This document shows positions 28,428 to 41,729 of a DNA stretch of 64,000 nucleotides, piece after piece. A program made the position numbers and the translations under genes. The stretch covers positions 4,413,628 to 4,477,627 of the forward strand of contig OZ037771.1 in assembly GCA_964035545.1 (NCBI GenBank). The letters are read 5' to 3'. Origin of the DNA: Bugula neritina (Eukaryota > Animalia > Bryozoa). The stretch's first letter is position 1. Every line of letters begins with the position of its first letter. Below the pieces are notes generated by a model, which saw nothing but the letters and a program-made list of their open reading frames with translations, did not search any database and was not told the DNA's origin.

Positions 28428-29729
28428 CTGGCAAGATATAACTAAATAAACCAATCTCGTTATTACAAAAAATAACATAATATAATATTAGCACGTGCGA
28501 TAAAATTCTTTTAGTAACTTAGCAGACAATTGCCATATTGATGTGTGTGTGTGCGTGTGCGTGCGTGTGTGCGTGTGCGCGCTTGCATGCGTGTACAATC
28601 ACAACAGAGAGATAATAGAACTATGAACAGAAGAAAATACACCCACACGCACCACTCATTTTGCATTCAATAGTGTTATCAGCAATCCTCTCAATCTGAG
28701 AGTATTAATAAGTAATAATATGACAACCGTAGCTATTTGCATATATTATGTTTTTTCCATTTACATCACAGTTACCATATTTTCATAGATATATATAAGA
28801 GAGCTAATTATATATGTCTCTTGGGTGTTCACGGTGCTAGCAAATCAAGCTTATGTTGTATGGACAACGTAAATTGAAAAAGACACAATGGTGTAATTTT
28901 TTTCCAATAATTGTACCAAGTTTATAGAAAGTATGATATTAGTAATTTTACAATTTTCAGAATAAAGGTTGTGACAAATTTTATTATATTGTTTTTCAAA
29001 CTTTTATTATTTCAAGCAGCAACTAAAATGTAAAAGAGTATCATTTAAAAAGACAGTTCAATTTGATCAAAGCAATAGCTGAACCAAGTGGTTAGGATTA
29101 GCTGAGGTGTGAACTGGTTTATTAGTTCAACTCAATTGGTCATCAACTAATTGGACCAACACTATTAAACATTGAATTTTGAGATAATATCAAAGAAGCA
29201 TTGTTGTTACAATAAATGTAATGTTAGTTTACATGTGATTATGTGCACATGCAGTAACTTTACTTAATTTACAAACACATTTTAGGTGCAAGTTAAGTGT
29301 AGATACAAAACCCAATATTTTATAAACTTGCATCTTGCATGGTCTTTTTCGGGAAGAACAAACTCGGTCATTAAGCTGGTTTAATTTTAGTATAATGTTC
29401 GAAATATTGACCTAACTGCAACAACATTGATGTAATAAACTGCATTATTGCATATACTTATTAGAAAAGCAGAACATTGTACAAAAGCCATTTTATCTAA
29501 AATAATTGTATGCGTTCATTTTTACATAAGGTTTACTTGAAAAATTATTTTAACAACATCAAAACAAATATGTTTGGTAGTCATAACAAATTGTTTCAAT
29601 ACATTTGGGACCCATTTGCGCACGTATATCTTACCGCACATTGAAATATTACTTATTGTGTTTATTAAACAAAACATACCTTCTCTTAGTAACTGTAACT
29701 CATCACTACAACAACTAATAAACTCTGAA

Positions 29730-29763
29730 TATAATTAACTGAGTTTTAAAAAATACTTCAGTC
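29730..29763 (+). promoter_or_regulatory. Putative core promoter (TATA-like + Inr) of paralogue 2
   Basis: TATAAT at 29730, A of TCAGTC at 29760. Confidence 0.6.
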
Positions 29764-29891
29764 TGGGAGAAAACATAAGAAAAGCAAGTACTGCTTTAGA
29801 GTTGTGCAGCTCAAAAATATAGAACAGCATCTCAGGTACAAAGCATTATTAATACTTATTACATTTGTTTATATATGTATATATATGTATA

Positions 29892-29939
<48 letters not shown>

Positions 29940-29990
29940 GTATTCAGTTTTATTTATTTTGTTAGACAGAACACACAGAGACACTGAATA

Positions 29991-32900
29991 ATGAAGCATC
30001 AAAGGAAGTTGCATTTGCTATCTACCTTTTTAGTGCTCAACTGTAAGTCCATACTTTTCTCTGCTTTAAAAATATTTTTCGCTGTCTGGTCAACATCAAG
30101 TTGAAAAAATAAATTATAAGTTTAAATTTTATATAATATCTTATTTATATTATTTTTATTTTCAAGATCAGTCAAATTTTATGCATATATGCTTTGTGTT
30201 ATTAAGCTTTTACTTGTGGAAATAGTTACTTAGAAATATTAAGCTACTAATTATTATTATGAAATACTTGATGTATTCATAACAAAATTGACTTGAAATA
30301 CTTTGTTTAACGTGACATATTTAACCTTGCTTGAGATACATAATTCAATTTGACCCTCAATTTATATTGATTCACAATTTTTTTCATAAATAGTTGAAAA
30401 CTTGATAGGTTCAAGTTATAATAGTGCAACATAAGTCAGCTTTTTCTTATCTTAAGAAAATCTAATGCTTAAAATTTAAAACATTAAGATATTATGTGCA
30501 GGATGTAGTTATTATAATGAGTATATTAGATTATATTTTTATTGTATGGATTTCTCACATTTTATTCCCTTAACATAAGTTATATACTTACTATATACTT
30601 GTTGAAGATCTGTTATACACCGATTATGTAATTATTATAATGTATTTGTTATTATTAATTATTATAATAAAAATAGCAAATTTTTCACTATTATTTAAAT
30701 TAATATTGTTATTATCATCATACCCATCGACTTCATCATTGTCCACAGTAAGCTACTGCTTCATGCCTTTCAGTGTAAATGTAACGTATAGGAGAGACAT
30801 TGTATTGCAAGAAAAATAGAAGTGTGAACAAGTGAGAAAACTTTAGAAATGATCTTCAGTAACTGTGTTATTGCCGCTCTGCATTGATAACGAGCGATAA
30901 CACTAGGTGTTTGACCAAAATTTAGACATAGTACCTGTAGATCTGAGTGATAATTTTTCATTAACCTCTCTTACACAACCGGTACTGTTTCCTGAAGACA
31001 TTTTGATTTTCTTTCTAGATTTCATGTTGTTGGTCTTTTTAAATTCCCAATTGCATTGCTTATTGACAAAGTATAGGTTCACTAATACTTTCAAAAATAT
31101 ACCCATGTGGGCATAAGGCCTAAAACAACCTATTTTCTTCTATAGACCATACGGCGTATGGAACCGTATGGGTGCCACTACATCCCTGATTATATACCTG
31201 TTGTAAAACTGTTTAATGCCTGTTATAAAATATTTTTTAAAATGAATAAATATTATATTTGATTGATTGAAAAACAACTCAACCGTCAAAAACCTTTTAT
31301 ACACTATTCAAGTTGCATTAAGATAAACCCATTTTGCAAATCTAATTATTTTAAGATTATATATTCATTGTTTAAGATAAATGATGTGCTTGTATTATAG
31401 TTATAGATTGGTATATATTTAGTGCTCATAGGAGACGTAACGTCAGTGCTATGTACTGGTAAACCAGAGCTGCGGTTTGGCAGAGATGTTGGCTGCCTTT
31501 CCATAGCGTATAATCAAAATCTCTTGAAAACACCTTCTTGTCTGTCAGCTGAACGTGACAGCACCTCACAAACATGCTCAACTGAAGGCTCCTGTACTGT
31601 GAGTAAACATCCTGTCATAATATCAATGGACATAGAAAATATTAGATGTTAACTGTTACTGTAAAGATTTTAAGCAAATTAAAAATAGTAAGTGGGGGTG
31701 CAAACGTGCAAAAATGGGCGAGCGAAGCTCATTGATGCCAACTTTTTTGACTAAAATACATTTATATCACTTCGAAGCCAACATTCTACTAATTTCAAAT
31801 CTGCAAGTAACTTTTTTGTATCTAAAGAAGGGGGTTCTCGCTTGCAAGGAGTGGATATACAGGGGTTGGCTAATTTTTAAGGGAGCATCATGAAATTTTA
31901 AATATATAATTATTTGATTCATTTAGGTTTAATGTTCAAAATAGAACATGATAATGTGCACACCTTCAAAAAAAAATGTTTAAACATTTCAATAACTGGT
32001 TGGGTTTTATTTTGTATACTTTATAATGCATCATAATGCTTTAATGCAATTACTGAAGTTAAATGCTGTTTGATTTAGTTTTATTTCTGCAGACTAACTC
32101 GGTTAACTAAATGTACATAATGATATTATAATTTACAGGAAATCAACGTACGGCTTGTTAAAGGGCAATTTCAGGAAACTGAGAACATGGTGTGGGCTTT
32201 TACTGGCTGCTTTGAACAAACTATGGAAGTAGAAGTCTGTAGAGATAAGCCTGTGTGTAAGTGTTTCAATATATATAATTTTATGCTAAAAATATGAAAA
32301 AAGCTTTCTCACCTGAAAACTTCTACTTAGATTTTATATATTTTCATATGTCTGATAGTTCACCTAAAAAGCTGTTAAATATACAAAGAAGGTACGTAGA
32401 ATACCAGCAATAAACTAAAATAGAAAATTTAGAGCATGTGGTTCAGCTGGACCACCAATCACCACCAATCACCGACACCAATGTTTTAACTGTCTGTATA
32501 TAATGATGGACCAGATGCAATGCGTTAAATTAATACAATTGTTTTTACACAAAAATTGCATAACTTGTAAGTTAAGATGATAAATTATGTGAAAAAATAT
32601 TAAGAATAGTAAAATAATTTTAGATTGTTAATTTTATTTATATTTCAACTGTCTATTTGCTGCACACAATTGCACTCATGCAGAAATACCTTTCATTCCA
32701 TTGCTGCATTATTAAAATATAGTATTCGAATTTTTATTTAATAGATACCACAACAACCACTGCAACAACAACTACCACAACAATGCCAACAACGACAACA
32801 ACCCCAACAACCACAACAACACCAACTACAACAACAACACCAACCACTACAACAACGCCAACTACAACAACAACCCCAACTACAACAACAATCCCAACCA

Positions 32901-35900
32901 TTACAACAACACCAACTACCACAACAACCCCAACCACTACAACAACACCAACTACAACAACAACGCCAACAACGACAACAACCCCAACCACTACAACAAC
33001 ACCAACTACAACAACAACCCCAACCACTACAACAACACCAACTACAACAACAACACCAACTACCACAACAACACCAACTACCACAACAACCCCAACCACT
33101 ACAACAACCCCAACTACCACAACAACCCCAACCACTACAACAACGCCAACTACAACAACAACGCCAACTACAACAACAATCCCAACCATTACAACAACAC
33201 CAACTACCACAACAACCCCAACCACTACAACAACACCAACTACAACAACAACGCCAACTACAACAACAACCCCAACTACTACAACAACGCCAACTACAAC
33301 AACAATCCCAACCATTACAACAACACCAACTACCACAACAACCCCAACTACTACAACAACACCAACTACAACAACAACAACCCCAACCACTACAACAACA
33401 CCAACTACAACAACAACACCAACTACCACAACAACCCCAACTACTACAACAACGCCAACTACAACAACAATCCCAACCATTACAACAACACCAACTACCA
33501 CAACAACCCCAACCACTACAACAACACCAACTACAACAACAACGCCAACTACAACAACAACCCCAACTACTACAACAACGCCAACTACAACAACAATCCC
33601 AACCATTACAACAACACCAACTACCACAACAACCCCAACCACTACAACAACACCAACTACAACAACAACGCCAACTACAACAACAACCCCAACTACTACA
33701 ACAACGCCAACTACAACAACAATCCCAACCATTACAACAACACCAACTACCACAACAACCCCAACCACTACAACAACACCAACTACAACAACAACGCCAA
33801 CTACAACAACAACCCCAACTACTACAACAACGCCAACTACAACAACAATCCCAACCATTACAACAACACCAACTACCACAACAACCCCAACTACTACAAC
33901 AACACCAACTACAACAACAACCCCAACCACTACAACAACGCCAACTACAACAACAACGCCAACTACAACAACAACGCCAACTACAACAACAACGCCAACT
34001 ACAACAACAACACCAACTACTACAACAACTCCAACTACTACAACAACGCCAACTACCACAACAACACCAACTACTACAACAACTCCAACTACTACAACAA
34101 CCCCAACCACTGCAACAACTCCAACTACTACAACAACACCAACTACAACAACAACACCAATCACTACAACAACCCCAACCACTACAACAACCCCAACCAC
34201 TACAACAACGCCAACTACAACAACAACACCAACTACCACAACAACACCAACTACTACAACAACCCTAACCACTACAACAACTCCAACTACTACAACAACA
34301 CCAACTACTACAACAACCCCAACCACTACAACAACGCCAACTACAACAACAACACCAACTACTACAACAACCCCAACTACTACAACAACACCAACCACCA
34401 CAACAACACCAACCACTACAGCAACGCCAACTACAACAACAACACCAACTACAACATCAACACCAACCACAACAACAACGCCAACTACAACAACGCCAAC
34501 TACAACAACGCCAACTACAACAACAACAACAACGCCTTCTACCACCACAGGTAAGAATACAATGATTAATAAATTTTATACACGATATATGATTCAAAAA
34601 TACGTTATGTGGGAAAAGCGCACATCAAATCAGAAGTAGTTTAAGTAGAAAAGATAATAACAAAAAGTTTTTGGTAACTTTTAGAGCCACTGCCAGAGTT
34701 TGACGGATGTTTCATTGGAAATGTAACCTTTACGAGCTCAAACTGTTCAACTCAGTCTGTCATTACTGTATTGACTAATGGCACCTTAAATATCGCTGTG
34801 GAATTCCAAGTAGTTGGTTGCTGCTCAGAAGACAACTGCCAACCCGAAGAAGGCAAAGCTGGTAAATATTTCAACTGTTATACTCCTGACTGCTGTTGAT
34901 GTTCTCTGAAACAGTCATTCGAAATAAGGTTTTAAATGTTTCTTATTGTTTCATCAGACAGTATAGCTCCTACAATATTGTTTGAACAAATATCTACCTA
35001 TACCTATTAATAGAAGAATTAAAGGCCATGCATGCTGTAACTGGTTGTGTGTTGCCCACTATAAATAACTATTGACCCCATTAACTTCCTATTTATGTTT
35101 AGGTGACATACGTCAGCAGGCATTACTCATCTGCCTTGTGCTGACTATTAGATTTGTGGTCAGGTCATTGTGGTTGGGGTGGCTGTCATTCTTGCCCTAC
35201 CTGTACGGGCTGGGTTGGTACCCTGAGGCTACCTAGTGAATGTTTACTATGTTTTGGGACACAATCATTGTGGTAATTTTTAGGGACAATAGTTGTTTAT
35301 GCAATATGTTTTTGCCTGGTACAGTAACAACAACCAGAGTATATAAACACTTTACAAACTTAATACAATCAGTTGGCAGCACTCTTTAACAAAACTGTAC
35401 TTATTATTTTATTCTTCTACTGGTTTGACAATATATTATTTACTGGCACTGTTTATGAAGGACCCAAGAGGTTAGTTACTTTTATTCATATTATTATCTG
35501 AATTATTATTTTATAATAAATTTACTTTATGGTTTTTGTGAACATTACTTTAATATTTTTAACCACAGCAAGTTTATCACAGCAAGTTTATCACAGCAAG
35601 TTTATCACAGCAAGTTTATCACAGCAAGTTTATCACAGCAAGTTTACCAACAAGTATAACCAATAAACTTCTGCGTTTGGAAATCCTGGTTTAATTCATA
35701 CGGGGCCAGTAACAGTAAAAACTCTAAGTCTGCACCGGAGTTCCAGGGCAACTCATCTCAAGTCTACAGTAGAAGATTAAGTCTACTTCAGAGTTCACGG
35801 GCAACTCATCTCAAGTCTACAGTAGAAAGTTAAGTCTACTTCAGAGTTCACGGGCAACTCATCTCAGGTCTACAGTAGAAAGTTAAGTCTACTTCAGAGT

Positions 35901-38900
35901 TCACGGGCAACTCATCTCAAGTCTACAGTAGAAAGTTAAGTCTACTTCAGAGTTCACGGGCAACTCATCTCAGGTCTAGCACATCGGTTCAGTGCTAGGT
36001 CAAGTTAACGCTTCACACGTCACGTGGTTTTGTGATCGTATTCAGTCCATCGGGAAGCAATCAAACATTACTGGATTATATTTACACATCAGCAACCCCA
36101 GCTTCAATTCAACTCCACCGGAGACGGAAATCGCCCTGCTACCAAGCTTCTTATTGGTGAGTTACTGTTACCAGGCATTTTTTAAATTAGCTTAGTATTA
36201 TTTTTTGTAATTGTAACTTTGATTGTGTCTCAACACTGGGGTGCATCTCAGGTAGCACAGGGGTACTTGGCCATCTTTGGTATTGGTGGGTGCAGTTTGC
36301 AGTTGCTCTTCTTTCACTTTGATGACCCATTTCTTGCTCGGCATCAGTCTTGTCTAATGTCTGTTTAGTATTTCATTGAGACAAAATAGGAACTCAATAT
36401 TTGGATAGCAATTATATACATGATTTTAAGTTAGGGCACTAAAACATTAAATTTACTATGGCCACACCTCCTATTGCTCCCCGCAGAAGCACTAGAATTA
36501 GGCAGCTGTCACAATCAGCTCAGCAACAATTAGTTAGCACTAGCAAAGCTAAAATTGATACACTAATTTCTAAATTTAACAACTTGATTAAAAAGGAGCT
36601 TGATGATGATTTAATTGTGTTAATTAATAATTTGGCAGATCAAGCTAAATCTACCCTTGATAACCTGCTGACACAGGTCAGTGAACAAGATAACAGCATA
36701 GATTTTTATGTTCAACAAGTCAATATTATATGCAAGCGTGCTCATGACTTGTCTCTTACAGAGGCAGAGGGCACTATTTACAATACTGTCTTTGGCTCGT
36801 CAAATCATTCTCATATCTCTCTAGCTAATGAACAATTTGAGGCAGCTAAAACTGCAATTGAACTTGAATCACTTGAAAGGCGCACAGCAATTCTAGCTAA
36901 ACGTGAGCAACTAGAGTTGCAAACTCAAAAACTTAAGGATAAGCAGCGCTTGCAGCAGGCTAGGTTAGATATAATATACAGTCATGGATTAGATGAGAGA
37001 GATGAAATAGCTGCAAATCTTAGGGCCACGCAACTTGGTTCAACCCCTGTCCCTGCTGCACGTAGTAGTAGGGGAACTCCATCAATTTGCTCTCTCACTT
37101 CTGAAAATTTCACAGAATATATACAGCCATCTCCACGGCCCATCCCTAAGCCAAGGTTCAAACCACAACCCCTCCCACGCTCAAGTTCTTCAAAATCGTT
37201 GCCGGTTCCAAACCCTCCAGCCACAAATACACTAGATAGCGCTTACATGTTAGCAGAGTGTCTAACTAAAGCCCTAAACACTCAAAGGGCACCCATACCT
37301 GAGCCACCTGTTTTTAGGGGAAACCCATTAGAATACCCTACTTGGAAAGCTGCATTTACTTCATATATGGCACACATTAATGTCTCTAACGAAAGCAAGC
37401 TGCACTATCTTCTCAAGTATGTAGGCAATTCAGCTGCTGAGGCAATTACTAGCTATGCACTTGTACATGATCCAAAAGCATACAATACAGCAATTAACAC
37501 ACTTGATGAGCGTTTTGGGTCTAGCTATACTATTGCTGAAGCATTTAGAAATAAATTAGACAGCTTTCAACGTTTTAAAGCTAATGATGCCTCTGCCTTG
37601 AGAAAATTTTCTGACTTTTTACTTCAATGTCAGTCAGCCATGGGCTCAGTTCATGAATTAGGAGTACTCAATGACCCTCATACCAGCGTAAACCTATGTC
37701 AGAAATTACCTGACTTTTTAGCCAACAAATGGAAAGAAAAAATAGTGGAATTTAGGCAGAAATATGGAAAATACCCTCAGTTTTCAGAGTTCAGTAAGTT
37801 GGTGAAATATCATTCGGACATCCAAAATGACCCTGTAGTTCTAGGAATGAGTAAAGCGGCAAATAGCAGTTTAAGTAATTTACATCCTAGAGTAAACAAA
37901 CCAGCTGACACTAGTCACAATAGAAATACATTTTTCACATCTAGAGCTAGCACTTATTACTGTTCATATTGTGATGTACTAGGACACTCCCTCAGTAGGT
38001 GTAATTTGAAATTTGCAAAATTAAGTGCTCGTGATCAAGAAAGTTTTATCCGAAGCAATAATTTATGTTGGAAGTGCCTTAAGCCTGGTCATAGGTCTAA
38101 CAAATGTACCACTGCATGCAAATGCCAAGTAAAGGGCTGTGGCAAGCAGCATCCTACTTCAAGGCATTATCAAGTAGTTAGAACTTCATCATCTGACCAA
38201 GTCACTATGCATAGCACCTCTAATCATAGCCAGCCCAATACACCTTCACTCAATCATACTCAATCAGCCTCATCAGCTCATTTACAAACTTCTGTAGATC
38301 ACACTATCACCAATAGCACAATAGGTGACTCTCAAGTACCACATGCATCCTCAACTAAAACAGCTAACACACAAACTCTAACTAGAAACAAAGATGGTCT
38401 AAAATCAAGCATCATTCCAGTTTGGCTTTCCACTTCACCCAATTCAAATAAGGAACACCTTGTGTATGCTCTTCTTGATAATATGAGTGATACCACATTC
38501 ATTAGTGACGAAGTAGCAGACATTCTAGATATACCTCATCAGTCTCTAGTAAATCTCAAAATCAACACAGTGAATCCAACCAATCATAACGCAAGCACAC
38601 AAAGCAGATTGTTCAAAGAGTTGACTATAAAGGGCTTCTATGCTAATCAACATATTTCATTGGTAGATGTCTATACTATACCAGAAATTCCCTTAAATAG
38701 ATCGCACATTCCAACTAAAGAATCAGCTGCTGTTTGGGATCATTTACAACACATAGCTCATGAAATTCCAGAACTACAAAACTGCCCAATTGGCATGCTC
38801 ATAGGGTATGACAACTCTCATGCCCTCATTCCTTTAAAGTCAGTAGCCGGACCAAATTCTAGAGACCCATATGCGGTACAAACTCCACTAGGATGGAGTG

Positions 38901-40999
38901 TAGTAGGCGCTACTAATCCCCACATGAAACATGAAATTGTTAAGCTCTCAAACTCCCCCCAAACTTCAGCAGACGTAAATGCAGTCTCATTTACATGCTT
39001 TTCCAAATCTATAAAACCCACCAGCGTTCTACACAAACTGCAACAAGATTTTAGAGAAAATCAGACTATCAGCACTCGGCTTGCTCTTTCCAAAGATGAT
39101 AAGCAATTTTTATCCACACTACAAACTGGCATTTCTCAAACTGAAGATGGCACGCCTTTGACTCCTAACCATTCTCTAGCTATGAAATCGAAAATTATTT
39201 TTCCTCCACCTGGTCAGTTTGATGAAAGTGGTACATATTCTCGAAAGCGCTGGCGTGTGGTTCAAAGCCTCGCAAATCAATTTTGGTCAAAATGGCGCGA
39301 GAGCGCGGTACAAAAATTAGTCATGCTCTTCAGGCCTTAAATCAAACATTAAACTTAATATAAATTCTCCATGCTTCTCAAATTATATGTATACATACAG
39401 CGATATAGTTACAGTAATTAATTTCCAGCTGCCGCAGCAAATTAAAGGGGGGAGTGTAACTGGTTGTGTGTTGCCCACTATAAATAACTATTGACCCCAT
39501 TAACTTCCTATTTATGTTTAGGTGACATACGTCAGCAGGCATTACTCATCTGCCTTGTGCTGACTATTAGATTTGTGGTCAGGTCATTGTGGTTGGGGTG
39601 GCTGTCATTCTTGCCCTACCTGTACGGGCTGGGTTGGTACCCTGAGGCTACCTAGTGAATGTTTACTATGTTTTGGGACACAATCATTGTGGTAATTTTT
39701 AGGGACAATAGTTGTTTATGCAATATGTTTTTGCCTGGTACAGTAACAACAACCAGAGTATATAAACACTTTACAAACTTAATACAATCAGTTGGCAGCA
39801 CTCTTTAACAAAACTGTACTTATTATTTTATTCTTCTACTGGTTTGACAATATATTATTTACTGGCACTGTTTATGAAGGACCCAAGAGGTTAGTTACTT
39901 TTATTCATATTATTATCTGAATTATTATTTTATAATAAATTTACTTTATGGTTTTTGTGAACATTACTTTAATATTTTTAACCACAGCAAGTTTATCACA
40001 GCAAGTTTATCACAGCAAGTTTATCACAGCAAGTTTATCACAGCAAGTTTATCACAGCAAGTTTACCAACAAGTATAACCAATAAACTTCTGCGTTTGGA
40101 AATCCTGGTTTAATTCATACGGGGCCAGTAACACATGCAGTTGCAGTAGCAAAGTAGCACAGTGGGTATATTGTATGATATTTAGCTTACTTTCTAACAA
40201 CACCTCATTTATGTTTTGATTTGGTTTTTAGGCGAAAGAGCGTGTAATTATGGCACAGGCGATGATGTATCGCAAACCTATTGCCCTGATGCGTGTTATA
40301 CCCTTGTGTCCATTGACGAAAACTCTGTTGAAGTGTATGTTAAGAGTATATCGTATATCCTTTAAACATTTCTTTTACAAAGCTTTCTTTATTTTACTAT
40401 ACCAAACATTAGTAACAAGTGTTATACTATAGTAGTTGTTTTGCCATGTCAATCACATCATGCAAGGAATATTATAAAATAGTATTGTGGTCTCACTAAC
40501 CCATTGCATTGCAGTAATTGAAACTTTAATTTTAGAGCGAAACATGGCTGTCTAATCGATGTCGCTTCACCAGGAACAGCATTTACGGATGTCGCAGAAT
40601 GTACTGACGAATATAAAGCTGGAAGCTGTCTGAATGCGAACAATGAGGAGGTATGTATACGAAAACTATATAGCTGAGTCAGTTTTATAATAGTTTTGCA
40701 TACATCCAGAGTTTTGGCTATTTTTTGTGACTATCTTATATTTATTAACCTTTGCTGTTTAACATTTCTAAATTTTTTCTCTATTTTATTTAGAAGTTTC
40801 AAAATGCCATTAATAAATAACTTTTTGCATACTACTTTTGCAGGAATGCTTTTCATGCTGTACCACTGATAACTGCAACACGAAAAACACTATAGCAGAA
40901 ATTCTTGGCGCTGAAGAAATCGATGAACACAGCAGCTCTGTAGCAGTCATTCCTTCTCTTCTCCTATTGTTGATCTCCTACCTAATTGGTCAGCAGTAA
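29991..40999 (+). CDS. GPI-anchored Ly6/uPAR-like mucin protein, paralogue 2, about 900 aa
   Basis: Exons 29991-30042, 31423-31598, 32139-32256, 32745-34550, 34685-34861, 40232-40334, 40536-40650, 40844-40999; same non-repeat exon sizes as paralogue 1; mucin exon 602 codons; LTR element in intron 5. Confidence 0.9.
35036..35714 (+). repeat. 5' LTR (679 bp)
   Basis: Direct repeat of 39455-40133; TATATAAA at 35340, TCAGTT at 35369, six 14-bp CACAGCAAGTTTAT units at 35564-35647, AATAAA at 35662. Confidence 0.96.
35726..35978 (+). repeat. 53-bp tandem repeat in the retroelement leader, about 4.7 copies
   Basis: GGGCAACTCATCTCA recurs at 35746, 35799, 35852, 35905 and 35958. Confidence 0.93.
36458..39340 (+). 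CDS. gag-pro: BEL/Pao Gag-aspartic protease polyprotein fused to post-integrase tail, 960 aa
   Basis: Gag motif PEPPVFRGNPLEYPTW and KLHYL; three zinc knuckles (CSYCDVLGHSLSRC, CWKCLKPGHRSNKC, CQVKGCGKQHPTSRH); protease ALLDNMSDTTFI, MLIG, TPLGW; then PLTPNH...RKRWRVVQSLANQFWSKW and VQKLV. No YVDD RT motif or DDE integrase core. Confidence 0.92.
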   Translation: MATPPIAPRRSTRIRQLSQSAQQQLVSTSKAKIDTLISKFNNLIKKELDDDLIVLINNLADQAKSTLDNLLTQVSEQDNSIDFYVQQVNIICKRAHDLSLTEAEGTIYNTVFGSSNHSHISLANEQFEAAKTAIELESLERRTAILAKREQLELQTQKLKDKQRLQQARLDIIYSHGLDERDEIAANLRATQLGSTPVPAARSSRGTPSICSLTSENFTEYIQPSPRPIPKPRFKPQPLPRSSSSKSLPVPNPPATNTLDSAYMLAECLTKALNTQRAPIPEPPVFRGNPLEYPTWKAAFTSYMAHINVSNESKLHYLLKYVGNSAAEAITSYALVHDPKAYNTAINTLDERFGSSYTIAEAFRNKLDSFQRFKANDASALRKFSDFLLQCQSAMGSVHELGVLNDPHTSVNLCQKLPDFLANKWKEKIVEFRQKYGKYPQFSEFSKLVKYHSDIQNDPVVLGMSKAANSSLSNLHPRVNKPADTSHNRNTFFTSRASTYYCSYCDVLGHSLSRCNLKFAKLSARDQESFIRSNNLCWKCLKPGHRSNKCTTACKCQVKGCGKQHPTSRHYQVVRTSSSDQVTMHSTSNHSQPNTPSLNHTQSASSAHLQTSVDHTITNSTIGDSQVPHASSTKTANTQTLTRNKDGLKSSIIPVWLSTSPNSNKEHLVYALLDNMSDTTFISDEVADILDIPHQSLVNLKINTVNPTNHNASTQSRLFKELTIKGFYANQHISLVDVYTIPEIPLNRSHIPTKESAAVWDHLQHIAHEIPELQNCPIGMLIGYDNSHALIPLKSVAGPNSRDPYAVQTPLGWSVVGATNPHMKHEIVKLSNSPQTSADVNAVSFTCFSKSIKPTSVLHKLQQDFRENQTISTRLALSKDDKQFLSTLQTGISQTEDGTPLTPNHSLAMKSKIIFPPPGQFDESGTYSRKRWRVVQSLANQFWSKWRESAVQKLVMLFRP
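39455..40133 (+). repeat. 3' LTR (679 bp)
   Basis: Direct repeat of 35036-35714 with no difference found by eye; preceded by the polypurine tract. Confidence 0.96.
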
Positions 41000-41729
41000 T
41001 AAAATGATGACCAATTGATGCATAGTATTGTTTTAAATTATTTTCACTCTGTAATACATAATATAACAAATTAGTTACACCATATATTAGCAAACCGATT
41101 GAAGTATTATTATTCACTTTATAATATTTATAGCTTTGTTTTGCAAAACTATCAAGTGTATAATTTTATAAAGTGCTATAATAATACTTTAAGATTTGTC
41201 TGGATTGATGCAAATTTTGTTTAATGTATTTTTTATTATATTTTATATTTCTTTATTTTTATATTTTATCAACTTTTGACTGTCGGTGGTTGTCTTCCCT
41301 TCTGAAAACGTTGACAGCTTTTCTAACAAAGTTATCTCTCCTGTTTTTATTCACAAATGTTGAATGCAATTGTGGCTTTACTCCAAAACATTTGCTTTTC
41401 TATCGCCAACTCCTATTGGACTGCTGCAGCTGATGGAGAGCTGAATGCTTTGATATGATGTTTAGAAGCTGAAAGAGAAATTTTATGACTGAATAATTAT
41501 TAAGAGAATTTCTATGACTTTAGCTCTGACTGAACGTATTGAGCTCATTTGCTTTCAATAAAATATATATGAAAATTATTTCCTCATTTTTAATGAATTG
41601 TCTGAAAATGTTATGAATTTCTACCCAGCACACACACAACACCACAAACACACACAACAAACATACACATATACATGCATAAGCACAACGTACACACACA
41701 CACACACACACACACACATGCACACGCAC

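Larger units (their letters stand above)
35036..40133 (+). mobile_element. BEL/Pao LTR retrotransposon, internally deleted (non-autonomous)
   Basis: TGT...ACA LTRs 35036-35714 and 39455-40133; TSD CATGC at 35031-35035 and 40134-40138; polypurine tract AAAGGGGGGAG 39444-39454; empty site GGCCATGCATGCAGTTGC in paralogue 3 at 54121. Confidence 0.96.

Noticed and set aside
30907-31116. ORF apparently conserved with 50236-50421
   Set aside because: Intronic insertion shared by recent duplication; non-ATG start, frame not maintained at the 3' end, adjacent to a hAT-like terminus (ACTACATCCCTG).
35726-35978. Regularly spaced repeats superficially like a CRISPR array
   Set aside because: The intervening sequences are the same rather than unique spacers; eukaryotic retroelement leader; no cas genes.
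36458-39340. Domesticated host gag-like gene
   Set aside because: Flanked by matching LTRs and a TSD and absent from the paralogous introns, so it is a recent insertion.
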